A DNA stretch of 64,000 nt from Mobula hypostoma (Eukaryota). The stretch is from positions 25,608,001 through 25,672,000 of the forward strand of contig NC_086109.1 in NCBI RefSeq assembly GCF_963921235.1, in the 5' to 3' direction. The position numbers were made by a program, and so were the translations under genes. Positions 1-11,182 of this stretch are shown here, piece by piece; positions within the stretch are counted from its first letter, which is position 1, and every line of letters begins with the position of its first letter. The notes under the pieces were generated by a model, which was not told where the DNA came from, did not search any database, and saw only the letters and a program-made list of their open reading frames with translations.

Positions 1-540
1 ATTGTGAGCAGTTTTGAGTTCCTTATTTAAGAAAGGTTGTGTTGACATTGGAGAGAGTTCTGAGAAGGCTCACAAGAATGATTCTGGGAATGACAGGCTT
101 ATATGAAGAGCTATTGATGGCTTTGGACCTTTACTCACTGGAATTTTGAAGAATGAGGGGAGAAGCTCATTGAAACCTATTGAATGCTGAAAGGCCTAGA
201 TAGAGTGGATGTGGAAGGGACATTTCCTATAGTGGGGAAGTTTAGGACCAGAGGGCACAGCCTCAGGATAGAGAGAAGTCCATTTAGGATGGAGATGAGG
301 AGGAATTTCTTTAACTAGAGGGTGGTGAATCTAAGGAATTCAATGCCACAGGCAGCTGTGGAGGCCAGGTCATTGGGTGCATTTAATGCAGAGGATTATA
401 GGTTCTTGATGGGTCAGAGCACGAAAGGTTACTGAGAGAAGGCATGACAATAGGGTTGAGAGAGAAATGGATCAGCAATGCTGAAATGGTGGAGCAGGTT
501 TGATGGGCTGAATGGTCTTATTCTTCTCCTGTCTTATGGT
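1..540 (+). mobile_element. CR1-type LINE 3' fragment (decayed RT C-terminus + 3' UTR)
   Basis: Decayed 'LERV.RR.TRMI.GM / RMRG..LIETY..LKGLDRVDV..FP.VG..RTRGHSL' coding remnants; ends in the CR1-type tail '...tcttatggt'. Confidence 0.85.
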
Positions 541-1000
541 GACATGGTCTAAGAAGAATAAGGGAGGTCTAGTGGATGGAATAGCACTACTTCCAGAATC
601 TCTCTGACTTTAAAATATATAACCTTTCCCTCATTGCCATTGCAAATAAACCCAGAATTCCCTATCCAACAATACGCTAAGACCACCTTCATCAGAAGGA
701 TTGCACAGTTTAAAAATATTGCTCAACTTTCAAGGGCAATTACCAATAGGCAATAAATTCTGGCTGACAGAATGAATTAAAAATGCTCAGGTATGCGTTC
801 ACTGCCACAGAAAAGTTCATGAGGCTTTGATGTATGTAAATCAGTGCATTTCTTGTATTGTAGCATTGATTAGATTTCTGAAGTGTTTCACCAGCTGTAC
901 AGTGCTTTGTTAATATTCTGAGGTCAAGGAATACTGGTTCATTATTCATGCCTCTGAAATGCTTCTGTCCTGAAGGAGAATCTCGGCCCAAAATATCAAG

Positions 1001-1495
1001 ATGAACATTGACTTCTCTAACTTCCGTTAATGCCCCTCCTCCCGTTCTCACCCCATCCCTTTTTATTTATTTATTTATTATTTTTTATATTTACCTTTTT
1101 TTCTCTATCTCTTTTTTCTCTCTCCATCCCTCTCACAATTACTCCTTGCCTGCTCGCGATCTTCCTCTGGCGCTCCTCTCCCCCTTTCTTTCTCCCTAGG
1201 CCTCCCGTCCCATGACCCTCTCCCTTCTCCAGCCTTGTATCCCTTTTGCCAATCAACTTTCCGGCTACTAGCTCTATCCCTCCCCCTCCTGTCTTCTCCT
1301 ATCATTTCGGATCACCCCCTCCCTCTCCCACTTTCAAACCTCTTACTATCTCTTCTTTCAGTTAGTCTTGATGAAGGGTCTCAGCCTGAAACGTCGACTG
1401 TGTTTCTTCCTATGGATGCTGCCTGGCCTGCTGCATTCACCAGCATTTTGTGTATGTTGCTTGTATTTCCAGCATCTGCAGATTTCCTCGTGTTT
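1001..1495 (+). mobile_element. Penelope-like element 3' fragment (end of GIY-YIG ORF, pyrimidine-rich 3' UTR, hammerhead region, tail)
   Basis: Starts 'atgaacattgacttctctaacttc' as at 37669-37692 (MNIDFSNF); hammerhead-like motif at 1364-1399 with first core base mutated (TTGATGA); 'atcaagatg' direct repeat at 995-1003 and 1498-1506. Confidence 0.85.
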
Positions 1496-1664
1496 ACATC
1501 AAGATGTTTATTCATTGCTGTATTTTGTGTGTGTTGCTCTTGAAATACTTTCCGCCTTCAAGTGCATTGGACATTTGTATTATATTCTTGTCTACCATTT
1601 TACCAAATTACACATACACATTCCATTAAAAAACACACACACCCATCTCTCTTTGGTGACATAA

Positions 1665-1745
1665 ATGACTGCAGATGTTGGAATCTGGAGCAGCACACAA
1701 AGTGCTGGAGGAACTCAGTGAGTCAATCAGCATCTATGGGTGAAG
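1665..1745 (-). mobile_element. Decayed PLE-terminus repeat
   Basis: Reverse complement of the 'gatgctg...ctgagttcctccagca..ttgtgtg..gct...ttccagcatctgcag' terminus seen elsewhere in the window. Confidence 0.65.
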
Positions 1746-3131
1746 GATAAATGAAGCTAATCTCAGTCAGTACTCAGAATGAGCCCTGACTCATTAGTGA
1801 TGAATGGGCATCAATATTCTCTGAGTTTGAATGGGTTTCTTTTCTCACTATCTACAGTATGCTTACTGATGCTCCTGCCAGTGGGAAAACTTGACCATAT
1901 TTTCTCGATCAAAACCATTCAGAACTGCCCTACTTGCTCGAAGGAGGACATACAAACCAGCTTTTCCTGTTTCTGATCATAGCCGAAGCTCTGCAGACTT
2001 CAAGCCAACCCCATGATTTCTTCTTCATTCTTTCTTTTTCAGTTCTTTCATTCCTGTTTGTAAACTTTACACATGCAACATAACAGGGGGTACAAAAGGT
2101 AAACTGAAAGTGCTGAAAGCACTCAGCAGTTCAAACAGATCTAAAACAAAAACAGAATCTTTGTTTCTCTTTCCACAGATGCTGCCTAGTCTGCTGAGTG
2201 CTTCTGCCATTTTCCGTTTTTATTTCAGTTTTCCAGCTTCTGCAGGTTTTCCTTTGATATTCCAATGCATGAGGTGTACTGGGGGGGGGGCGGGGAGCAT
2301 ATCATGGAAATGTCAATGCAAATATGACATGGGAATCAAGGTTTGGTGTGTGTAAAGTGTAGCATTTGTAAATATATAACATGCATGAATGATGTCAACT
2401 CTCTAAATATGTGTTACATGCATAATGTGGTTAGGAAGTTAAATATACAAGATGCAGGCATTCTAGCAACATGTTATTACTTTCAATATTGCCTGCATAA
2501 CCTATATTTAGAACATCAAATGTGAGCATATGCACATTTAATATAAATAGAACTCCCATGGCATTGCATAGGAAATGAAGAGCAGGTAAATCAGGACTAC
2601 TAACCAGACATAACTGCATTGGAGCTGCCCTGCCTCATCAGGCTGGTGTCTAGGGACGAATGTTGCTAAGGCTGCTGTCAGTCAGGTGAGGGATAAATAT
2701 GACTTGATAGTCTCCCTTGTAACTGCACACACTCCCTGTCTACACTGCCTAAAACCTCTGCAACCTCTTCAACAGCTAGGAAACCGAATGAAAGCAAGGC
2801 TCACAATGAGACAAAACTTTCTTTGAGTTCAAGTCCAGAATTAAATAATCCAAAACTTCTTTCAACAGCAAGAACCATAATGAGGCCAAGTAGACTTCTA
2901 TGAAGAAATGATGAGATTTATAATTATTTTTTAAAAAGAGAAAAAATATATATAATTACATAAAATGTGTGTCACTTGTACCTTACAATTGAAATTGTAA
3001 GTGGAATATTTTTATTTAAGTAAAATACACTCTGTGACCACTTTATTAGATATATCTTTGCACCTGCTCATACTCAGCCAATCATGTGGCAGCAACTCAG
3101 TGCATAAAAGCATGGTCAACAGGCTCCATCT

Positions 3132-3167
3132 AGTCCTGATGAAGGGTCTCGGCCTGAAACGTCGACT
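3132..3167 (+). ncRNA. Minimal type I hammerhead ribozyme (intact core)
   Basis: agtc-CTGATGA-agg(gtctcgg)cct-GAAA-C-GTC-gact: stem I agtc/gact, stem II agg/cct, palindromic ACGT helix III, predicted cleavage after 3163. Confidence 0.8.
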
Positions 3168-3265
3168 GCGCCTCTTCCTATAGATGCTGCTTGGCCTGCT
3201 GCGTTCACCAGCAACTTTGATGTGTGTTGCTTGAATTTCCAGCATCTGCAGAATTCCTGTTGTTT
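3132..3265 (+). mobile_element. Non-autonomous PLE-terminus mini-insertion with 9-bp TSD
   Basis: Nearly identical to 37994-38090 plus a 37-nt tail; TSD aggctccat at 3121-3129 and 3266-3274. Confidence 0.9.
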
Positions 3266-3834
3266 AGGCTCCATTGTTATTCAGGCCAAGCATCAGAATG
3301 GGGAAGAAATGTGCTCTAAGTGACTTTGACCATGGTGCCAGATGGGGTGGTTTGAGTAGCTCAGAAACAGCTGATCCCCTTGTATTTTTACACACAATAG
3401 TCTCTAGAGTTTACAGAGAATGATGAGAGAAACAAAAAAAAAAACCAGTGAAAGGCAGTTCTTTGGGATGAAGGCAGCTTGTTAATGAGAGAGATCAGAG
3501 GAGAATGGGCAGACTGGTTCAAGCTGACAGGAGGGCAATAATAATGCAAATAACAACACATTATAACAGTAGTGATGCAGTAGAGTATCTCTAAGCACAT
3601 AACACATCAAGCCTTGAAGTGATATGCTACAGCAGCAGAAAACCATGAACATATAACTCAGTGGCCACTTTGGCTGTATTCTGACTTGCAAAGAGATTGC
3701 TTTCTCTTTTGGAACCAAAGATCTGGCACCCTCAGAACTTGATTGTTCAGGACAGTCCAGACTGTTGAATATTCCTCCAACTAATTCACTAACTCACTTT
3801 TAATTTGCATTTTTTTAGATATTATAAAATAATA

Positions 3835-4152
3835 ACATCAAGAAGGCAACATCAAAGATCTCCAGCATCCTGGCCATTCCATCTCACAGTAGCAACCATC
3901 CAGTATAGAAGCCTGAAGTCACACAGCACCCAGGTTCAAGAACAGCTTTCTCTTCAACCATTTGGTTCTTGAACCAACCTACATAACCCTAATGACTACC
4001 ACAGTATAGCAACATCATGACCACTTTAAGCACTTTGTATTAAAATGTATTTTGTTTGTCCTTATATAATTTTGTACAATTTATGTTTTCCTTGTGAATG
4101 CTGTCTGTCTGATGTTATATGTCTTTGATACCACTGCAAACAGGTTTTTCAT
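3835..4152 (+). mobile_element. Decayed Rex1/Babar-type LINE 3' end
   Basis: 'caaagatctccagcatcctggccat...tatagaagcctgaagtcacac...caggttcaagaacagcttt' = KDP.HPGH...YRSLK..T.RFKNSF remnant. Confidence 0.65.
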
Positions 4153-4154
4153 TA

Positions 4155-5350
4155 GACCATAGAACAAAGAACAGGCCCTTCAGCCCACAATGTTGTGCCG
4201 AACCCATTAATTAGTCATTAAATGGGCAACTGATCAAATCACTTTTAATTGCACAATGTCCATATCCTTCAATTTCCCTCACATTCATGTGCCTATCTAA
4301 ATGTCTCTTAAAAATCTCTAATGTATCTGCCACTACTACCATCCTAGGCAGTGCACCCACCAATCTCTGTACAAAAATACTTGCCCCTCAAATTTCCTTT
4401 GAATTGACCCGCTCTCACCTTAAATGCATGCCCTCTGGTATTAGACATTTTCAAAAGGGGAAAAAGATGCTGTCTGTCTAATCTATCTATGCCTCTTATA
4501 TGACTATCTGACGACACAGTAGCAAAGTGGTTAGCACAATGCTTTACAGTACAGGTAAATCGGGTTCAATTCCTGCCGCTGCCTGTAAGGAATTTGTATG
4601 TTCTCCCCATGACCACATGGGTTTCCTCCAGGTGCTTCAGTTTCCTCCCACAGTCCAAAAGCATACTGGTTGGTAGGTTAATTGGTCGATGTAAATTGTC
4701 CCGTGATTAGGCTAGCATTAAAAATTGGGGAATTGCTGGGTGGCATAGCTTGAAAGGCCGGAATAACCTACTCCATACTGTATCTCGATAAATAGTCTTA
4801 TAAACCTCTATCAGATCTCCCCTCAGCCTCCACTACTCCAGAGAAAACAACTCAAGTTTGTCCAACCCCGTGATATAGCACATGCCTTCTAATCCAGGCA
4901 TTATTTTCATAAACCTCTTCTGCACCCTCTCTAAGGCCTCAAAAGCTTTCCTATAATGGGGCAAACCAGAACTGTATGCAATACTCCAGGTGTGGCTGAG
5001 CTAGAGTTTTATGAAGTTGCAATATAACTCCCTGATTTTTGGACTCAATTCCTCGACTAGTAAAGGCAAGCGTGCCATAAGCCTTCTGAACCACCCTATC
5101 AACCTGTGTGGCCACTTTCAGGGAGCTATGAACTTGGACCCCAAGATCCCTCTGCTCATCGACACTGTCAAGAGTCTTGCCCTCAACAGTGAACTGTCTC
5201 TTTACATTTGGCTCACCAAGGTGCAGCACTTCACATTTGGCCAGGTTAAACTCTATCAGCATTTCTCCACACAGATCTGCAACTGATCTATATCCTGCTG
5301 TATTCTTTAATAATCTTCTACACTATCCACAACACCACTAATCTTCATGC
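4155..5350 (-). mobile_element. CR1-type LINE fragment, split by a SINE at ~4512-4793
   Basis: ORF 4951-5262 (FNLAKCEVLHLG...QRDLGVQVHSSLKVATQVDRVV...PHLEYCIQFW) is the CR1 RT C-terminal region. Confidence 0.85.
4512..4793 (+). mobile_element. tRNA-derived V-SINE (HE1-like)
   Basis: A-box-like tagcaaagtgg and B-box gggttcaattcc; V-domain 'gttctcccc..gacc.catgggtttcctccaggtgcttcagtttcctcccacagtccaaa'. Confidence 0.8.
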
Positions 5351-5496
5351 TGGCAACTTGCGCATGTGGCAATTAGCTTAACTTTGATTTTGATTTTATT
5401 ATAATAAATTTTCAGTGAATTTCATGAGCTTATTTGGAGTAGGGCACTGAGAAATGCAGTAGAACAGATGTTGTTGTGCTGGCCAGTCACCTACCT

Positions 5497-5972
5497 ACAG
5501 GAAAGATTGAAAGAGTACAGAGAAAATTAACAAGGATGTTGCAGGAACTTGAGTTAAAGGGAAAGGTTGAATAGGTTAGGACATTTTTCCCTGGAGCATA
5601 AGAGACTGAAGGGAGATTTGACAGAAGTGTACAAAATTATAACAGATATAGATAGGTAAATGCAAGCTACCTCTTTTTCCAGTGAGGATAGTGAGCCTAG
5701 AACTAGAGGTCATAGGTCCAGGGTGAAATGTGAAATATTTAAGGGGAACCTGAGAGGGAACTTCTTCACTCGGAGGGCCAGGTGAGTGTGGAACGAGCTG
5801 CGAGTGGAAGAGGTGGATGCGGGTTTGATTTCAACATATAAGAGAAGTATGGATAAGTACATGGATGGGAGGGGCGTGGAGGTGCAGCTCAATGGGACTA
5901 GGCAAAATAATAGTTCAGCATGGACTAGATTGGCTGAAGGGCCTTTATGTGTGCTGTAGCACTCTATGGCTC
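5497..5972 (+). mobile_element. CR1-type LINE 3' fragment
   Basis: ERVQRKLTRML...RLNRLG.FSLE..RLKGDL.EVYKII remnant; CR1 tail 'gtgctgtagcactctatggctct'. Confidence 0.8.
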
Positions 5973-6372
5973 TCTGGGAAACAGGTCGTATGTATGCTTA
6001 ATGAGTGTTTGGGAAACAGGGCCCCAATGAGTTCAAAGGGAGCAGAAGAAACAGGGTCCAAATGTGTTTAAAGGAATCCGGTGCCTTGAGAGGCTACAGT
6101 GAATGCAGAGAACAGAATGCGTTGAACCAGATGCGAAATTGTCCAGATTTCTGGATAATCGGATTGAGGATTATTGGAGTTCATAGTTTCTAAAAGCATT
6201 GGGAATACATCATAAAATTATCTGATCCCTATTTCTATTACATTGCTGACTTACACTTAGTCTTGCTATCTCATCCACTCAAAAGTACAAGATGTAAGAT
6301 TAAGAGCGTTAGTGAGGACAGCTGACAATAAATAGCTTTCACTCTTCGGGCAGAAACATGGCAGATCACGGG

Positions 6373-6585
6373 ATGACACAGTAGCGTAATGTTATCACGG
6401 CGCCAGTGACCCAGGTTCATTTCCCACTGTTAACTGCAGGAAACTTGTGCCTTCTCCCCATCACCACATGGTTTCCTCTGGGTTCTCACATTCCGGGTTA
6501 GTAGGTTAATTGATCACTTGGGTGTAATTGGGCTGTGCGAACTCATTGAGCGGAACAGGCCTGTTACCGTTTTGTATTTCTAAAT
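6373..6585 (+). mobile_element. V-SINE (HE1-like), decayed
   Basis: Homologous to 4512-4793. Confidence 0.7.
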
Positions 6586-6619
6586 TTTAAAAAAATTGAA
6601 ACTTATTTCCAGTTCCCTG

Positions 6620-6748
6620 TTGGAAGGGTCTCAGCCCAAAAAGTCAACTGTACTTTTTTCCACAGATGCTGCCACCCTGCTGAGTTCCTCCAGCATTTTG
6701 TGTGTGTTGCTCCGATTTCCAGCATCTGCAGGGTTTTCTCTTGTTTGT
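6620..6748 (+). mobile_element. Decayed PLE-terminus repeat
   Basis: 'gaagggtctcagcccaaaaagtcaactg...gatgctg...ctgagttcctccagcattttgtgtgtgttgc...ccagcatctgcag'; hammerhead core degenerate. Confidence 0.7.
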
Positions 6749-6766
6749 CCCTTTTGCTCTTTGTAT

Positions 6767-7488
6767 TGAATTGAATTGAATTGAACTGACTTTATTTCTT
6801 ACATCCTTCACATACATGAGTAAAAATCTTTACGTTACATCTCCATCTAAATGTGCAATATGCAATAATAGTAATTTATAATAAATAGAACAGTCAATGT
6901 AATATAGAGTACACTCATGTCAGTGTGAATTAATCAGTCTGATGGCCTGGTGGAAGAAGCTGTCCCGGAGCCTGTTGGTCCTGGCTTTTATGCTGCAGTA
7001 CCGTTTCCCTGATGGTAGCAGCTGGAATAGATTCTGGCTGGGATGGCTTGGGTCCCCAGTGATCCTATGGGCCCTTTTGACATACCTGTCCTTGTAAATG
7101 TCCTGAATCACGGGAAGTTCACAACTACAGATGCACTGGGCTGTCTGCACCACTCTCTGCAGAGTCCTGAGATTGAGGGAAATACAGTTCCCATACCACG
7201 CAGTGATGCAGCCAGTCAGGATGCTCTCAGTTGTGCCCCTGTAGAAAGTTTTTAGGATTTGGGGGCCCACACCAAACTTCCTCAACTGTCTGAGGTGAAA
7301 GAGTTGCTGTTGTGCCTTTTTCACCACACATCTTGTGTGTACAGACCAGGTGAGGTCCTCGGTGATGTGGATGCCGAGGAACTTGATGCTGTTTGCCCTC
7401 TCAACCCCAGATCCACTGATGTCAATAGGCCGTCTCCATTCCTCCTGTAATCCACAACCAGCTCCTTTGTTTTCTTCACACTCTGTCA
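6767..7488 (-). mobile_element. Rex1/Babar-type LINE 3' fragment
   Basis: ORF 6920-7489 (KFLGIHITEDLTWS...KKAQQQLFHLRQLRKFG...ESILTGCITAWYGNC...LLPSGKRY...RLRDSFF); (CAATT)n tail. Confidence 0.85.
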
Positions 7489-8493
7489 CTCTTTCCTCTT
7501 CTCTATCCTATCCCTCTCATCCTCTACCTTGCTTCTTTGCTGCCCTCTCTCCCTATTTGTCCTTCCATTTCTCTTCCTCCATATTCCACCTGTTCTACTC
7601 CCTCTTCACTGCACAGCCCATCCATCACAGAACTGAATTGGAGCAGCATTTCAGGATAGAGAGGTGACCTAGTGGTCAATTGGTGGCACGGTAAAAGGAA
7701 TTATTTGCCTCGTAACTAAAGAAAATCAAGACACTCAAAGTGAAAAGGATAACCGGCCCTTGCCACAGTATATACCTCAAAACGAGAAACAGATTATTGC
7801 TTTCAGTGTAAAGGGTATTATACGCCAAATTGGATCATTATGGCCACCGGAAAAGATTAAATACCCCACCACAAAAAGAGATTATTATCCTCATATTGGA
7901 ACAAGTCCACTGTGATGTTAATTTCTCTCACAATGAAAAGAGCAAGATTGTGCAGCTTATTATGAAGGAGCTGGTTGTGTCCACAATACAATAGATGTTG
8001 TACCCCAAAAGTGAATTATGTCCTCAGTAAAGAGAACAAACGGCTAACGTAAGCATTAATCATCCACCACAATGAACGAGAAGTCAAAGAGAATCACTAC
8101 CCACCAAGAGAAGGAGGTAAGTATCCCCACATTGAAGAAGTTAATTCATTCACCATGAATATGTTGATTACTCATTAGTGCTGGAAATAGTTGCTTCAGC
8201 AATGACGTAATTACTCTCTCTGGTCCCAAAACAAAAAAAAAATGCATGGGATGAATTGCTCACACTCATGTATGATACAACACTTGTAATGAATCACATG
8301 ATTTGGGCAAGTTGGTTCTGATCTCTCTGCAGGTACTTTGTTCCACGTCTCTTTACTGCTTACACTTTCTACAGGACTTCTTACCAAGTACTAATCACAG
8401 AAACTAGGTGCACACCGCCCCCTACTGTAGACAATGATGTTAATCACACAGGTTCAATTCACAATGATCAACATACATAGGGGGTGCAGGGTA

Positions 8494-8850
8494 TCACTGC
8501 AGTTAACATAATGCAGTTACAATGCCAGTGTCGAGGGTTCAATTCCTGCCACTGTCTGTAAGGAGACTGCATGTTTTCCCCACAACTATGTGGGATTCTT
8601 ACTTCATTTCCCCTGTCCAACCCTCCTAGCTTCACCCATCAACTTCCAGCTTGTAGTGCTTCACTCCCCCCTCCCCAACTTTCTTATTCTTGTATCTTCC
8701 CCCTTCTTTTCCAGTCCGGAGGAAGAGTCTTGGCCCAAATTGTTGGCTGTTTATTCTTTTTCCATAGATGCTGGTGGACCTGCTGAGTTCCTCCAGCATT
8801 TTGTGTGTGTTGCTTTGGATTTCCAGCATCTGCAGAATTTCTGGTGTTTA
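8494..8850 (+). mobile_element. V-SINE head fused to decayed PLE 3' end
   Basis: B-box gggttcaattcc at 8535-8546; PLE terminus motifs at ~8712-8850. Confidence 0.6.
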
Positions 8851-9202
8851 TGAATGAGTCTGGTGCTGTTTGTTGTTTGATATGGTAGTCAATAGGTTAT
8901 GATATATCAAAACTGTAATAATCCTCAGCGGAGTTTGTAAGCATTCAGAATTGGAGCAATTACATCAATAATCATCAGTAATTTGCCAGACAAAATTACA
9001 ACCTATCCCCCCCAATCCATTGCTGAATCCGAAACGAGAGTGAGCTCACTGTCCTTTGAATCATCTAATGACACTTTTTGCCCAAGATTCTCAGTACTCA
9101 GAGAGCATTTTTAACTTTTGTTGATGGTAGAAGATTTTCAAGTCAGTGCATATACCAAAAGCTACCAGCAACTCAATACACAGTCACCTGACGCACAACC
9201 CC

Positions 9203-9316
9203 AAACAACAGGAATTCTGCAGCCTGACGAAGGGTCTCGGCCTGAAACGTCGACTGCGCCTCTTCCTATAGATGCTGCTTGGCCTGCTGCGTTCACCAGC
9301 AACTTTTATGTATGTT
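9203..9316 (+). mobile_element. PLE-terminus mini-insertion with inverted tail and 11-bp TSD
   Basis: TSD cacaaccccaa at 9194-9204 and 9318-9328; 9203-9222 is the reverse complement of the tail end ctgcagaattcctgttgttt; 9223-9316 matches 37997-38090. Confidence 0.9.
9223..9257 (+). ncRNA. Minimal hammerhead ribozyme (intact core, stem I altered by the junction)
   Basis: CTGACGA-agg(gtctcgg)cct-GAAA-C-GTC-gactgc. Confidence 0.7.
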
Positions 9317-9504
9317 ACACAACCCCAATCTTTCTTTCTATTGAAGGCATAAGAGCAATGAATAACTGATCACAAAGGCAGAGCCACTGACTAAAAGGCA
9401 AAATCCCTTACCTGAATGCCTGCAAAAAATTTCCTAAGGCAGAGTAATTTTCTATATCAAATCAATTATTCTCAATTCACATTGATCATCATACTGTATA
9501 CAGG

Positions 9505-9785
9505 GGCAGTGCGGTAGCATAGCAGTCAGCATAACACAGTTACAGCACCAGTGAGCTGGGTTCAATTCCTACTGCTGGCAGTAGGGAGATCGCATGTTTT
9601 CCCTGTGACGTGTGGGTTTCCTCTGGGTGCTCTGGTGTCCTTCCACAATCCAAAGGTGGTTAGCAGGATAATTGGTCACATGGGGTGTAATTGTGCAGCA
9701 TAGGCTCATTAGGCCAGAATGACCTGTTACCAGTTTGCACCGCTAAATAAATAAATACATAGATAGATAGATAGATAGGTAGATA
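9505..9785 (+). mobile_element. V-SINE (HE1-like) with (TAAA)n/(TAGA)n tail
   Basis: A/B-box-like motifs, V-domain, simple-repeat tail. Confidence 0.75.
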
Positions 9786-9914
9786 AAACGACAGGAGCAA
9801 AGAAGACAAACTCCAACCAAACATGAATTACATTTTGGCTGAGTTTAGTTAACATGGTTTTTAATTTGTTTTTTTTTTCTATTTTACTGTGAAAGAAGCT
9901 ACTGAATTGGTTTA

Positions 9915-11182
9915 ACCATATAACCATATAACAATTACAGCACGGAAACAGGCCATCTCGGCCCTTCTAGTCCGTGCTGAACTCTTACCCTATCCTAGTC
10001 CCACTGACCTGCACTCAGGCCATAACCCTCCATTCCTTTCCTGTCCATATATCTATCCAATTTAACTTTAAATGACAACATAGAATCTGCCTCAACCACT
10101 TCTGCTGGAAGTTCATTCCACACAGCTACCACTCTCTGAGTAAAGAACTTCCCCCTCATGTTACCCCTAAACTTTTGTCCTCTAATTCTCAACCCATGTC
10201 CTCTTGTTTGAATCTTTCCCACTCTCAATGGAAAAAGTCTAACCACGTCAATTGTATGAATCCCCCTCATAATTTTAAACACCTCTATCAAGTCCCCCCT
10301 CAACCTTCTACGCTACAAAGAATAAAGAACTAACTTGTTCAACCTTTCTCTGTAACTTAGGAGATGAAACTCAGGCAACATTTTAGTAAACCTCCTCTGT
10401 ACTCTCTCAATTTTATTGACATCTTTCTTATAATTCGGTGACCAGAACTGTACACAATACTCCAGATTTGGCCTTACCAATGCCTTATACAAATTCAACA
10501 TTACATCCCAACTCCTATACTCAATGCTCTGATTAATAAAGGCCAGCAAACCAAAAGCTTTCTTCACCACCCTATCCACATGAGATTCCACCTTCCGGGA
10601 ACTATGCACCATTATTCCTAGATCCCTCTGTTCTAAAGCATTCTTTAATGCCCTACCATTTACCATGTATGTCCTATTTTTATTAGTTCTACCAAAATGT
10701 AGCACCTCACATTTTTCAACATTAAACTCCATCTGCCATCTTTCCGCCCACTCCTCTAACTGTCCTAAATCTCTCTGTATGTTTTGAAAACCTACCTCAT
10801 CATCCACAACACCACCTATCTTAGTATCATCTGCATACTTACTAATCCAATTTACCACCCCATCATCCAGATCATTAATATATATTACAAACAACATTGG
10901 GCCCAGTACAGATCCCTGAGGCACACCACTACACACCGTCCTCCAATCTGACACACAGTTATCCACCACTACTCTCTGGCGTCTCCCATCTAGCCACTAC
11001 TGAATCCATTTTACTACTTCCATATTAATGCCTAGTGATTGAACCTTCCGTGTGGAACCTTATCAAAGGCCTTACTGAAGTCCATATAGACAACATCCAC
11101 CGTTTTACCCTCATCAACTTTCTTAGTAACCTCTTCAAAAAAATTCAATAAGATTTGTCAAACCTGACCTTCCACACACAAA
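9915..11182 (-). mobile_element. CR1-type LINE, 5'-truncated, fairly well preserved RT
   Basis: ORFs 10313-10969 (SGVPQGSVLGP...YINDLD...KYADDTKIGG) and 9995-10303; (GGTTATAT)n tail. Confidence 0.92.

Larger units (their letters stand above)
3028..3671 (+). mobile_element. Tc1-like DNA transposon relic (left end + decayed transposase N-terminus), interrupted by a PLE mini-insertion
   Basis: TA followed by 'cactctgtgaccactttattag'; from ATG 3298 decayed MGKKCALSDFDHG...SETAD...SRVYRE...QRRMGRLVQADRRA...YSSRKP, typical of the Tc1 paired/HTH region. Confidence 0.75.

Noticed and set aside
1008..1664. Cluster of overlapping short ORFs (also 37492-38173, 43479-44193)
   Set aside because: Open frames arise from low-complexity pyrimidine/purine-rich PLE 3' UTR; no protein motifs
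1862..2055. Minus-strand coding exon bounded by AG/GT
   Set aside because: All three frames contain stops over the interval and no protein is recognisable
4512..4580. tRNA genes (also 6373, 9505, 62080-62149)
   Set aside because: A/B-box-like heads continue into SINE bodies and do not give a full cloverleaf
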